From the IMG/VR virus record IMGVR_UViG_3300009184_000001, positions 30,441-94,440 of that record: a DNA stretch of 64,000 bases; one strand, given 5' to 3'. The position numbers and the translations under genes are program-made. This stretch comes from a virus. Below are positions 35,765 to 45,437 of the stretch, one piece after another (position 1 is the first letter of the stretch; every line of letters starts with the position of its first letter). The notes below the pieces were generated by a model. That model worked only from the letters and a program-made list of their open reading frames with translations. It was not told where the DNA came from and made no database searches.

Positions 35765-35974
35765 AGAATTAAAGTTACTATTAATTTCTTTACTATGTCT
35801 GACCTTAGGTATAGGATATCTTTACTGGCATCAGAACTATACTTGCTCTACTATTGAGTACCAAGATTTACAGGGTACTCATAGTATGAGTGAGTGTACT
35901 AAAAACAAACCAAAAACCTGTTGGGACAACTACCCAACAGAACAAGCCGCAATACAAGCATGTGAAGGAAACCA

Positions 35975-36262
35975 ATGATAGAAGAAACAACCGTAGAAAC
36001 CGAGCCAAAACAAACACCCCCTAGAGTATGGGACTATGTGTTCCACTGTGAAACAAACAATGGCTATTTACTAGTCAAGATTGATGCCGACTCTGAAGAT
36101 GAGGCTATCAAGATGGCTAAGGAAGAGTTTGATGAATGGGGTACAGACATCTGGACACCAGACATGCCTGTGTATATAGGTAAGTTCTCGTATGAACTAA
36201 ACAAAGGTAACACTATTACAACCGAGCGTGGAGAAGTAGTAGACTTCTCTTCAATACAATAA
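35975..36262 (+). CDS. Hypothetical protein
   Basis: 95-aa ORF, AAGGA RBS. Confidence 0.6.
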   Translation: MIEETTVETEPKQTPPRVWDYVFHCETNNGYLLVKIDADSEDEAIKMAKEEFDEWGTDIWTPDMPVYIGKFSYELNKGNTITTERGEVVDFSSIQ

Positions 36263-36273
36263 GGAGCAATACA

Positions 36274-36516
36274 ATGGAAAAAGAAACCCTAGTAAGTAAC
36301 ACAGCAGAGATGCTACTAGACAAGGTTCGTGTACAAATGGAAGAGTCATTTACTCTTGGCATGAAGTACAAGCGTCTATCAGTAGTAGACAAGTTGATTC
36401 CTATCCTACGTGAGAACGAGTTTAGCGAAACTACTATTGCACTAATATTGCAAGACATTGGCCTATTAGATGAGGAAACATATGCAGACGTTTTTGCCGA
36501 TATCGATAACAGTTAG
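36274..36516 (+). CDS. Hypothetical protein
   Basis: AAGGAG RBS. Confidence 0.6.
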   Translation: MEKETLVSNTAEMLLDKVRVQMEESFTLGMKYKRLSVVDKLIPILRENEFSETTIALILQDIGLLDEETYADVFADIDNS

Positions 36517-37066
36517 AAGAGATACCTACGATGCAGACACTGCTGACAGTAAGGCTATTCTCCAATGGGCAAGTGATATAGCTCGTCAACTAGACAACAA
36601 GCGTCTATTTAAACAGGCTCTTGAAGGTTGGCAGATTCTTATGAATCTAACAGAACTTGACCCGCAGAATAACTATCGTAAGCCTGCAGGGTGGTCCAGC
36701 CACCCTGCAGTTAAGATGTGGCGTGGTTCAGAGTTAATATTGTACTTCTATATTCAAGCAATGATTAATGAGTGGAGAGCACGTGGGTTTAAAACTACAC
36801 TTGCTGTTAAAGCAATGTCAACAATCATTAAAGCAAAAGAACATGGTAAAGCAGGTAACTTTATTCCTGCTTGGATGCGTGACCAAAAAATGTTTGATGC
36901 AATGGCAGCCAGTCATCGTAAAGCATTATTATCTAAGCACTACGAGCACTACAATCAATTCAACTGGGAAGAAGATAAAGGCTATGCACCAGAGTCTTAT
37001 GACTATGTATGGCCAATAAAAGGAGGAAAAGATGCCGACGTTGAAAGAACTCCGGTCTTTGCTTGA
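36482..37066 (+). CDS. Pyrimidine-dimer DNA glycosylase-like protein (MSMEG_6728-like)
   Basis: MQTFLP...LD.KRL.KQ.LE..QIL...GW..HPAV.MWRG...SHR..LL.K...Y.WP. Confidence 0.8.
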   Translation: MQTFLPISITVRRDTYDADTADSKAILQWASDIARQLDNKRLFKQALEGWQILMNLTELDPQNNYRKPAGWSSHPAVKMWRGSELILYFYIQAMINEWRARGFKTTLAVKAMSTIIKAKEHGKAGNFIPAWMRDQKMFDAMAASHRKALLSKHYEHYNQFNWEEDKGYAPESYDYVWPIKGGKDADVERTPVFA

Positions 37067-37253
37067 GCTAGCAACTCAGCAAGGATGGAAAGTAGAACAA
37101 CGCAGTAACAACCACTATAAATTAGTAGCACCAAATGGTAAAGTGGTGTTCACCTCATCCACACCATCAGACAAACGTGCAATAGAAAATATTAAACGTG
37201 ACCTACGGTCTGGCGGGTTAGTAATTATAAAGAAAAATGAAAGGCGCAAATAA
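37032..37253 (+). CDS. HicA-like small protein
   Basis: QGW.V....HYKL..PNG......STPSD.RA..N...DLR..G. Confidence 0.65.
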   Translation: MPTLKELRSLLELATQQGWKVEQRSNNHYKLVAPNGKVVFTSSTPSDKRAIENIKRDLRSGGLVIIKKNERRK

Positions 37254-37471
37254 TGGATATGGAACAAGCTGGATGCAGGGCGGTTGACCCCGACTTATTC
37301 TTTCCTGAGGGCAAGAACAAAAGAGAGCAAGAGTATAACGCTAAACAAATATGTGCTTCATGCCCTATAATTACAGACTGTTTACAGTTTGCAATAGATA
37401 ATAAACAGGTAGGTATATGGGGTGGAACTACGGATGATGAACGTAGACACCTTAATGTAATTATTAAGTAA
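37253..37471 (+). CDS. whiB: WhiB-family transcription factor
   Basis: C...DPDLFFP...AK.IC..CP....CL.FA......GIWGG....ER. Confidence 0.92.
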   Translation: MDMEQAGCRAVDPDLFFPEGKNKREQEYNAKQICASCPIITDCLQFAIDNKQVGIWGGTTDDERRHLNVIIK

Positions 37472-37472
37472 T

Positions 37473-37520
37473 AAAAAGCCCCCTGCCTGGCAATTAGCTG
37501 GGCAGGGGGCTTTATTATTT
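37473..37520. terminator. Bidirectional intrinsic terminator at the convergence point
   Basis: AAAAAGCCCCCTGCC...GGCAGGGGGCTTTATTATTT between convergent gene blocks. Confidence 0.85.
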
Positions 37521-37523
37521 AAA

Positions 37524-37697
37524 TTACTTCTTAACTGAAGCCTTAGCTGGTGTCTCTACAACCTTAGAGGTTGTCCTCTTCTTAGGCTTTAGAGCACTGA
37601 TGTCAGCCTTTAGCTGTTCAATGTCATTTGCGTGAGACTGAAGTAGCATAAATAGAGCTTCTAGGTCTGCGATTACTTTCTTTAATTTACCGAACAT
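37524..37697 (-). CDS. Small coiled-coil/basic-tail protein, 57 aa
   Basis: Manual translation MFGKLKKVIADLEAL...KASVKK; AAGGA RBS. Confidence 0.55.
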   Translation of the reverse strand: MFGKLKKVIADLEALFMLLQSHANDIEQLKADISALKPKKRTTSKVVETPAKASVKK

Positions 37698-37699
37698 TA

Positions 37700-39742
37700 T
37701 TATTCCTTATTGTTTTCTGATATTAGTTTTACTTCACATGCGTCAGTGGTGCAATAAGCCTCACCAACAGCATCTGCTGCCATACCAGCATACACCCCAG
37801 TAAAGTCAATTGCAAATAATTGCATTGCATACTCGGCGTATTCCTCCTCTGATATTTGAGTGTATGGCATCTGTGGGTACACATGGTTACCCATAGGGAG
37901 GAAGCTTACAGTTTTCAGTTGGCCGTCATACATATGCAAGACAGTGCCAACATCATTCTTTTCTTTTTCTGCATCGAACGTGATAGTCACAGAGACAGAG
38001 TTGTCTGACCACCAACGTTGAGCAGTAGCAGCTAGGTTCACCTTTTCATATATAGACACTTCCTTCTCACTACGCTTAGCGTCAGTCTTGATAGGGAAGA
38101 ATACTACAGATGTAGTGTCTGGTGATTCGCTAGCTGGTTCTACACGATAGTTAGCCATCTTAAACAAAGGCAACATAGGGTCATTGTTTCCAAAACGTAT
38201 AGCACGTAGGAAGAACTTACCACCACTAGGCCAGTGAACGCCTGGAGACTCTCCAGCCAAGATAGACACAGTACCAGAAGGCTTAACTGTAGTCATCTTG
38301 ATTGACTCACGAATACCTAGCCACTCTGAGTAAGAGGTGTCGTAGTCACGTACAGTCTTGTAGCCTTCATCCATCCACTCACGTAGAGCCTGCATACCTT
38401 TATTGTCAGCAAAGTTAGCCACACCAGAAACAGAGGTACCAATACGGCGGTTCCTCTGCATGATAGCATTAGTTTCTTCCCAGTGTGTTGGCAGTAGTGT
38501 CACAGTCTTAGCGTACAAGTACGCAAACTTCAATGTGCGCTTGAAATCCTCAAGGGATTCGTGGCGGTTCAAATATGTTTCCACCAGTGTACACATCTCA
38601 AAGCTTTCAAGGCTCTGCTCTGCACAAGGGTTGTAGCCAACCACACGCCTGTCTTTATTATTAGGCGCGTCAACTAGGCGTCCATATTTACGAGAGACGT
38701 CCATCCATATAACTCCAGGCTCACCGTTGCGTACAATACCATCAACGATAGGGCTGAAGTCTGTCCCAACACAAACATCTACTGAGTTGTTACTCATCCA
38801 TGCCCATCCAGGATTCTCAGGGTCATATGAATTACGGCTCGGGAACTTGTCGGCATTCTTTAGGTTTAGGAAATCCTCATCATCAATACGGCCAATCAAC
38901 AACTCAGCTGAACGGCGTACGTTACCTGAAACTACGCAAACGCCAATCATATTACCAATATCGGCAATATCAATACGTGTTAACTTTTCGCCCTTGCGAC
39001 CATAAAACATCTTTTTAATGTTTTCATGCAACTTAATCAATGGCTCTGGACCGGATGCTGTGCCACCAAATGTCTTGATAACTGTTCCATATGGCCTAAT
39101 ATCATCATAATTGAATTCATATAATGGCTGGTCTGGCTTCAAATACGAATTAATCAACGCTGTTGTTGATTCTGCCCAGCCTTCGCGGGTATCCGGAATC
39201 ACATACTCCTGAACAATTACTGGCTCGTATATATCAAACCCTTTATCTGCACCTTTATCATCAAACCCTACGCCCACTCCCAACATGCTTGCTTCCATCA
39301 GGAATGCGAACGGCTTGCCTGGATTGTTTTTGGTCATTTCATTGGTGCTGACAAACGCGCAATTCTGCAATGCTGCTGAATTCTTTTGCTCATTTACAAT
39401 ATCAGTACCCATTACCCACAACCCACGCCCTGGCGGTGTCCACTTTAAATTAAATAAACGGTCATACGCTTCTTTGGCTGACGCCGCAGCTTTTGCGTCG
39501 CTCCATGGCAAACGGTTCTGCTTTGCGTGGTCTTTCTGTAATGAATACATACCATTAATAACACGCTCACATACTTCTGCCCATGTTTCTTTGGTACCAT
39601 CTTCCTTTTTACGGGAATATGTGCGTAGGAATGTAACTTCTCCTACCGAGTTTCCGGCAACGTCTGCATAACCAAATGGTGCTTTCTTGTTCTTGTATCC
39701 TGCAACGAACTCTTCTGCTAATTTAAATGAAAAACTTGTCAT
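37700..39742 (-). CDS. nrdJ: Class II (B12-dependent, monomeric RTPR-type) ribonucleotide reductase
   Basis: RTYSR, PPGRGLW, LQNC, GNVRRSAE, NPCAEQ, TVKPSGTVS, C-terminal CTTDAC. Confidence 0.93.
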   Translation of the reverse strand: MTSFSFKLAEEFVAGYKNKKAPFGYADVAGNSVGEVTFLRTYSRKKEDGTKETWAEVCERVINGMYSLQKDHAKQNRLPWSDAKAAASAKEAYDRLFNLKWTPPGRGLWVMGTDIVNEQKNSAALQNCAFVSTNEMTKNNPGKPFAFLMEASMLGVGVGFDDKGADKGFDIYEPVIVQEYVIPDTREGWAESTTALINSYLKPDQPLYEFNYDDIRPYGTVIKTFGGTASGPEPLIKLHENIKKMFYGRKGEKLTRIDIADIGNMIGVCVVSGNVRRSAELLIGRIDDEDFLNLKNADKFPSRNSYDPENPGWAWMSNNSVDVCVGTDFSPIVDGIVRNGEPGVIWMDVSRKYGRLVDAPNNKDRRVVGYNPCAEQSLESFEMCTLVETYLNRHESLEDFKRTLKFAYLYAKTVTLLPTHWEETNAIMQRNRRIGTSVSGVANFADNKGMQALREWMDEGYKTVRDYDTSYSEWLGIRESIKMTTVKPSGTVSILAGESPGVHWPSGGKFFLRAIRFGNNDPMLPLFKMANYRVEPASESPDTTSVVFFPIKTDAKRSEKEVSIYEKVNLAATAQRWWSDNSVSVTITFDAEKEKNDVGTVLHMYDGQLKTVSFLPMGNHVYPQMPYTQISEEEYAEYAMQLFAIDFTGVYAGMAADAVGEAYCTTDACEVKLISENNKE

Positions 39743-39789
39743 ATTATTTCCTATATCTTTATTGTTGAATGTCTAGTATCTCAGGTATT

Positions 39790-39818
39790 ACACTAATACT
39801 CTTCTACTAACTTGTCAA
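39790..39818 (-). promoter_or_regulatory. SigA-type promoter upstream of nrdJ
   Basis: TTGACA-17 nt-TAGTGT. Confidence 0.6.
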
Positions 39819-39873
39819 ATAAAATGTCGACTATATCGATTCATATACTTAACATGCCTATTATCAGATAACT

Positions 39874-41343
39874 CTACTCGAGGGCATCCCGTATAATGTG
39901 TGTGGTTTGGTCTTCAGATAATGGCTTATCTAGGTTGCGTAATACGGATGCGCGGTCACCAAAAATACGTGATAATGCGCCTCCCTCTGTCTGACGACTT
40001 GCGGTAATCTGGATGAACTCTTTATTAGTTTCCAGCTCTTTCATACTACTTACTAATTTGAATAAACGGTCTATCTCCTGGGATACATTTGGGTCTGCGT
40101 ATCCACCGTTCATTTCCTCTGCGAACCGCATGAATGCTACTCTTTGCCCCTGCATTTCAACGATTGCGGTTAATAATGACTTCAATTGTTCTTTGGTTTT
40201 TACCTCTACTGGCAGGTTGAACGCACATGTGTTTGCTGGCTTAAATGCTGGGCAATTGGCGGCTACGAAACAGGTATCACACTGACGTAAACTGCTGTTA
40301 TTCGACTGTACAACTGGTACTTCTCTTAATACTTCATGGCCGTCTATATTGTCTACAATGGACTTCATTTGGTACCCAAAAACAGGCATTGGAACTACCT
40401 CATTTGGGTCTCTTTGCACTACTTCTGTGCGTTCAAGTTTCCGCTCTTCACCATCACTGTTATTAGATGACCCCACCCCTAATTCCATCAAACCACTGTA
40501 TAGGGTATCATCACTGTTATCAGATACTATACGCTTTTTATTGTTATCCATTGTCTTCTCTAACTGTAAATACGACCAGATTGCAACTTTTGTTGCTTCT
40601 AGTGTGTCATCTTCTACGAACTTTTTGAAATCTAACCCAGCTTTTTCTACAACTGATTTGTACCTTAAACGGGCCTGTGCCTTCATATTTTTAGGATAAC
40701 GTATTAGTTTAGTATTATCCCATATAATGGTCTCACCGCGTCTCATAGGGCTTATCCAGGCCAATGTAGAGGCATGGTCAAACGGTATTTGACGTAGGTT
40801 ATCTGGTTTTGCTGTTGCTAACGCCATAAACTGTGTTGAACTGGTTAGTTTTATGGAACGAACAATCGCTGCCAGGGATGTTAACGACTCTACTGCATCT
40901 CCGGGAATTGCAATATTAGCGTACTCTGTACCCCAACGCTTTAATAAATTTTGTCCATAAATCTCGTGCCAAACAACCCACATCTTTGGGTCATTTTCAA
41001 ATGCATCTCGCTGTTCTAGAATCCAATTAAATCCCATAACCTGTGAATCAAATTCAATCCAACCTTCAATACGGTCGTAATTCATTGCTATAAACTCTTC
41101 GTAATCTGCGGCGTATTCTTCTAACTCCATCTTGGACAGGTTAGCTTTGTCTGCTTGAACTGCTCCTGAATCTACCCATACTTTCATATTAGGTAGGAAA
41201 TGTTCACCAATCAAATATGGCTTAGTCTTTGGCAGCCCACGCTTTTTCAACCCCCAGTAATTTAGGATGACGTGTTCTGCCCCGCTGCGTTCCAACAATG
41301 TACGATTACTTGGAATCTCTACCCCGCCAAATATTATCTTCAT
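39874..41343 (-). CDS. TGT/DpdA-like TIM-barrel domain fused to a Cys-cluster C-terminal domain
   Basis: VWVDSGA, WIEFD, VVWH, PFD.AST.AW...R.G resemble transglycosylase-fold motifs; C-terminal CDTC..AANCP.F....C. Confidence 0.45.
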   Translation of the reverse strand: MKIIFGGVEIPSNRTLLERSGAEHVILNYWGLKKRGLPKTKPYLIGEHFLPNMKVWVDSGAVQADKANLSKMELEEYAADYEEFIAMNYDRIEGWIEFDSQVMGFNWILEQRDAFENDPKMWVVWHEIYGQNLLKRWGTEYANIAIPGDAVESLTSLAAIVRSIKLTSSTQFMALATAKPDNLRQIPFDHASTLAWISPMRRGETIIWDNTKLIRYPKNMKAQARLRYKSVVEKAGLDFKKFVEDDTLEATKVAIWSYLQLEKTMDNNKKRIVSDNSDDTLYSGLMELGVGSSNNSDGEERKLERTEVVQRDPNEVVPMPVFGYQMKSIVDNIDGHEVLREVPVVQSNNSSLRQCDTCFVAANCPAFKPANTCAFNLPVEVKTKEQLKSLLTAIVEMQGQRVAFMRFAEEMNGGYADPNVSQEIDRLFKLVSSMKELETNKEFIQITASRQTEGGALSRIFGDRASVLRNLDKPLSEDQTTHIIRDALE

Positions 41344-41825
41344 TCGAAATTTAAACCTTCTGTGCGGTTTAACCTGGCGTCTTTTGTGCGCAATTCATTT
41401 TGTTTGTTTATTGACTCTTCAATATCATTCCATGCCCTAACTGCTTTAGGTGCATCTGGGCGAAACTCTACACGGGTATAACTAGGCACGGCAAACATAA
41501 CACTAGGAATTCCCATGTTAAATGCGTACGCCCATGCCTTTGGGTTGTTTGTTATAAATAAATCTATTGCACCTTTTGCCCTGACAACGTTAATCTGACG
41601 CTCAGCTAAATCTTCGCCCTCTAGGTGAACGGATGAGTCAACGATGTTATCAAAATCAACAATCTTATTGGTGTCTAACCAATGTTGAATTTCATTCTTG
41701 GATGCTGATGCCATTAATGTTACTTGGTTCCAACTGCTTAGGGTTCCAACCATGATAACCCCAGTTGATATTGGTACGTCGTTAGTACCTCTTAATACTC
41801 CGTCTAGTTCTACTAATACATGCAT
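41340..41825 (-). CDS. HAD-fold protein with a degenerate motif I
   Basis: VLVELDGVL (DxDG with the first D replaced by E). Confidence 0.55.
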   Translation of the reverse strand: MHVLVELDGVLRGTNDVPISTGVIMVGTLSSWNQVTLMASASKNEIQHWLDTNKIVDFDNIVDSSVHLEGEDLAERQINVVRAKGAIDLFITNNPKAWAYAFNMGIPSVMFAVPSYTRVEFRPDAPKAVRAWNDIEESINKQNELRTKDARLNRTEGLNFE

Positions 41826-41935
41826 TAATCGTCCTTGTAGGTCTCTCCATAACAATCACATTTACAGTGGTCTTCGGTGCAAATTCCTTGGTATAGCTCA
41901 TGTGCGCATAAACGGCACGTGTCTGCTAATGACAT
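41825..41935 (-). CDS. 36-aa Cys-rich peptide
   Basis: Manual translation MSLADTCRLCAH...CTEDHCKCDC; TAATG overlaps at both ends. Confidence 0.55.
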   Translation of the reverse strand: MSLADTCRLCAHELYQGICTEDHCKCDCYGETYKDD

Positions 41936-42816
41936 TATTTGTTCCTGTATACTGCTGCTCTGCGAATCAGCGTTCTTGCGTCTGGTAGTTCAACTCCATA
42001 AGGGTTATTACTTTGTAGGGTAGTCATCATATGCTCCCTAACTTTTCTTAACGATTGAATTGCACCACTACGCTTACCTGCTTGCCAGCGGTAGTTATGG
42101 AAATCTCCGTAACCTTCTCCGCTTCCGGAAAATGCCATTGACCTGTTAGTATGAATCTCATTATATAGGGCATTGCCCTGTGCAGCTGCCATTGTTACGT
42201 TGTTTTCTGCATTACGTCTGATGGCATCATTTCTAGAATATTTAATATCCTGCATTGATGTTGTAAACTTGGCTTCAATACTGGCAGCGGTGCTTAAATC
42301 TTTACTGGCAATACTATCCCATTCTGGGTTGGATGGTGGTTCCTGGTTTGGGTTTGGTGTAACTACCCATTCGTCATACTTTAAATCATACGCTGCATAT
42401 GGTTTAATATCGCGGATATCTTCTGTGGCTAATGCGTAAAAGGTTAGCTCGTATCCATTCCAGTTTTCAGTGCTGCTCTGCAACTCATCGTGAAACTGCT
42501 CGTTTAACTGGTCAGAAATCTCTTTGTTTGATAAACCTGCATAATCAATATTGGCTTTACGAAACTGTACAAAATTAATTCCAATTAAACAATCCAGGTC
42601 TTTAGGTTCTCTGGCTGCGTTCCATTGGTAGGAAACTCCGGAACCAGCTAGATATGGGTGTGTCCACAACTGTGCTTGCTGGTATTTACGACCAATAAAA
42701 TCGTTTAATATGCTTATAATGCCTGAACGCACCCACGACTTTATTGCCCGTCCACTAAAAAGTACTGGGTCTAATTCGGTCGCAGGTGCGCTGAAGTATG
42801 ATGTAGGATTGTTCAT
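41935..42816 (-). CDS. Pol-beta superfamily nucleotidyltransferase-like protein
   Basis: LAGSGVSYQW......DLDCLI (GS..DxD) plus YE..FY and Y.L..DEW. Confidence 0.7.
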   Translation of the reverse strand: MNNPTSYFSAPATELDPVLFSGRAIKSWVRSGIISILNDFIGRKYQQAQLWTHPYLAGSGVSYQWNAAREPKDLDCLIGINFVQFRKANIDYAGLSNKEISDQLNEQFHDELQSSTENWNGYELTFYALATEDIRDIKPYAAYDLKYDEWVVTPNPNQEPPSNPEWDSIASKDLSTAASIEAKFTTSMQDIKYSRNDAIRRNAENNVTMAAAQGNALYNEIHTNRSMAFSGSGEGYGDFHNYRWQAGKRSGAIQSLRKVREHMMTTLQSNNPYGVELPDARTLIRRAAVYRNK

Positions 42817-42825
42817 ATACCTAGT

Positions 42826-43134
42826 TTATGCTGTTACTTCAGGGCTTTCTGGCTTAATCTTACGTTCTGCAAGTTTTTCGCTAATTACCTCAGATACTGT
42901 TGGCTCTGATGGTGGTGTTAGCAACTGTACAATAGTCGCTGCTAGACGTTCTACCAAACGCTGGTCATCTACTTCTTTAATTAGTACATGTGCCCACTGG
43001 TAAACATCAGATACTGACGCATCTACTTGGGTTTCTGGCGCATCTTCTGGTTTCTTTAGGTCAACAGAAAATGTGTCATCTTGGTAAATGTTAACTACGA
43101 ATTGTGACTTGATTTCTTTAGTTGTTTGTTCCAT
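42826..43134 (-). CDS. Hypothetical protein
   Basis: AAGGA RBS. Confidence 0.65.
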   Translation of the reverse strand: MEQTTKEIKSQFVVNIYQDDTFSVDLKKPEDAPETQVDASVSDVYQWAHVLIKEVDDQRLVERLAATIVQLLTPPSEPTVSEVISEKLAERKIKPESPEVTA

Positions 43135-43145
43135 TTTATTCCTTC

Positions 43146-43697
43146 TTAATATAGGCCAAGGATTTGGCGTTTACGTTCTAACACTTTACCATGATACGGG
43201 CAGAAATGGCAAGTGTATACTTGGGGCCCTTGCAAATGTTCTGGCTTAGGCATTCCCAATTCTTTGCGTTCCATTGCTGTATCCGGCAATAAACGCTTTT
43301 TAGGTGTCTCATAATCTTCACAATTAGTTGTGACTTTATTATGTGCTATCCAGCAGCTCATAGCCTCATCAGCAAATGTCATTTTTGTTTCATAAAATGC
43401 TTTGTTAGGGTCTAATTCATCTAGGCCCTTTGAACCACCATCTGCTAGTTGTGCTAGGATAGCTTTCTTTTCTTCTGGATTGGCCCATGACTTTACTGGT
43501 ACTTTAAACAGTTTACCTACGTGTGGGTCACCCGATGGAAACTTGTGTTTTTCTATCGAAATCTCTAATAGGTAATCAAAATTAGATGGGCCCTCGTAGT
43601 CTGGTAATTCTTCCCAGGTTTCGCATACCATACAACGTAGCAGACGAATGATTGGTCCATCAATCGGCTTGGACCCAATTACTGGTTTATTTGACAT
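43146..43697 (-). CDS. Hypothetical metal-binding protein
   Basis: CMVC, C..H...C, CHFCP. Confidence 0.7.
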   Translation of the reverse strand: MSNKPVIGSKPIDGPIIRLLRCMVCETWEELPDYEGPSNFDYLLEISIEKHKFPSGDPHVGKLFKVPVKSWANPEEKKAILAQLADGGSKGLDELDPNKAFYETKMTFADEAMSCWIAHNKVTTNCEDYETPKKRLLPDTAMERKELGMPKPEHLQGPQVYTCHFCPYHGKVLERKRQILGLY

Positions 43698-43863
43698 TGT
43701 TCTCCTTAGGTTCCATATAATAACCCGGTCCCATCGAAGGCATGGCTATATGGCCATTACTACGTACATACACGTATGCACCTACATGTGGGTTTTTGTA
43801 CTCAGGGTTAACTTCCCAGTCGTATGGGAGTTGTTTTAATTCATCCGGAATATCTTGTTCCAT
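43687..43863 (-). CDS. Small hypothetical protein, 58 aa
   Basis: Manual translation MEQDIPDELKQLP...; AAGGAG RBS. Confidence 0.55.
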   Translation of the reverse strand: MEQDIPDELKQLPYDWEVNPEYKNPHVGAYVYVRSNGHIAMPSMGPGYYMEPKENNVK

Positions 43864-43923
43864 TTTATGCTCCTTATATTTATACTTTTATACTACTACA
43901 TATTTTTATTTATGCAACTAAAA

Positions 43924-45417
43924 TTAACGAATAGTCTTAGTGTCTAACGAAGGTCCTTCAGTATCCGAGTTATATCCTTCAGTGTTTCCCAGTCCACCCA
44001 ATAGTGGGTTAGTGGTGTCCTGTGTCGCTCTAATTGATTCTTCTCTAGAACGCTTTTCTTCTTCTGGGTCAGACAGGTCAACATATGAGATATTTCCTAC
44101 CTTAGTTTTAAGTGCCCGTATCTTTTTATTAATTTGGTGAACTTGCAGTAATCTACGCTGTACTGGGTCGCCATTTTTGTCAAGTTTTGGATTGCCATTA
44201 GCGTCTGTAAGTGTGACACTTGGTACCAACCCTTTTTTGTGGGCTGCGGCAAAAGCTTTTTGCTTATCGTGGTACTCTTTGAAAACATCAACAATCTTGT
44301 CTGGTTGACTCATGATGTCTTTATACGCGGCATCTTCTTTATCAGGATATAACGCAGGAATAATCTTATTTTTAAGAGTATCTCTAGTCCAGTTACTTTT
44401 TTCGGTATCGCCTTTACGCCACCTTGACTCTTTGTTACCACCTGTTGCATAGGCATCGTAAAGCTTTCTTCCATGCTTATACAATGGGTGGTTAGTGTTA
44501 TCTATATAGATTGTGTTAGCCGGGTCTGCTGGGTACGTAATAGTACCTGTTACTGGGGTAGCTTTTACTGTAGGTTTTGAAGGCTGTGCAGGAATACTTT
44601 CTTCAGCTGGTTTAATGACTGGCTTTGGCCTCATAGCTTCATAAGATGAATTATCTGCATCAATTTTTGCCTGTCTGTCTGACATCATCTGCTTGTGTGC
44701 AGTCATACCTGGCCATGGAACACCTGGGAACGCTTGTCTGTGCACCTGTTTTGCAACACCAATTGCCATAGTGTTAGTCTGTTCTTCAGCATCTGCTGCT
44801 CTTAGTCGTGAAAGCTCGGTACGGTTAGCAACTTGTTGTGGGGTACTATAAGGAGTAGAAACGCGTCTCCCAGGAATTGCGTAAACTTCCTTACTCATAA
44901 CCGGTTCACCACGCTGTACAGACGCAGGAATTATTTCCCCGGTTCTTGTATCTTTTTGTTCAGGTACAATATTAATTTTTGAGGCAACTTGGCGAGGTGC
45001 AAATGATACTTCCTGTGACTCAACACTACCTGATGTTCCAAACGCACTATTAAATGCGGCATCTCTTCTGCCTCTAAAAGTTCTTGTAGGAACTACCGCA
45101 CCAGTTTGTTGCGCCTGTGTATTGCGCATGGCAAATTTTCTAGATAAATCAGACGGAGTATAACTAATATCGCCTGCTTCAGTTGTTTGAAGGTCAACTG
45201 CGTTTGATATTAAAGACTTTTCTGGCTTGTAGTTGGGTCCAAGAGCTTTTGCTTCAGACTCCTGCTGACTAGCAACGGCTCTAATTTGTGCTATCTTATC
45301 TGCGTTTTCTGGGTTGCTGCCTAAAGTATTTTCTAATGGTGCTGGGGTAAATTTCTTATTTAATGAGGGTGCTTTACGCGGACGCTTAGATTCTCCACCC
45401 GGAGTTTTTTCTGCCAT
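43924..45417 (-). CDS. Large low-complexity hypothetical protein (possible internal virion protein)
   Basis: 497-aa ORF with no recognisable motif. Confidence 0.7.
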   Translation of the reverse strand: MAEKTPGGESKRPRKAPSLNKKFTPAPLENTLGSNPENADKIAQIRAVASQQESEAKALGPNYKPEKSLISNAVDLQTTEAGDISYTPSDLSRKFAMRNTQAQQTGAVVPTRTFRGRRDAAFNSAFGTSGSVESQEVSFAPRQVASKINIVPEQKDTRTGEIIPASVQRGEPVMSKEVYAIPGRRVSTPYSTPQQVANRTELSRLRAADAEEQTNTMAIGVAKQVHRQAFPGVPWPGMTAHKQMMSDRQAKIDADNSSYEAMRPKPVIKPAEESIPAQPSKPTVKATPVTGTITYPADPANTIYIDNTNHPLYKHGRKLYDAYATGGNKESRWRKGDTEKSNWTRDTLKNKIIPALYPDKEDAAYKDIMSQPDKIVDVFKEYHDKQKAFAAAHKKGLVPSVTLTDANGNPKLDKNGDPVQRRLLQVHQINKKIRALKTKVGNISYVDLSDPEEEKRSREESIRATQDTTNPLLGGLGNTEGYNSDTEGPSLDTKTIR

Positions 45418-45437
45418 TATAATACTTTCTTTATTAA

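Noticed and set aside
37032-37253. Complete HicAB toxin-antitoxin module
   Set aside because: No HicB next to it; the neighbours are a glycosylase and WhiB
37700-39742. Intein or intron in nrdJ explaining the mid-gene composition switch
   Set aside because: The ORF is continuous, of normal length, and has no splicing motifs
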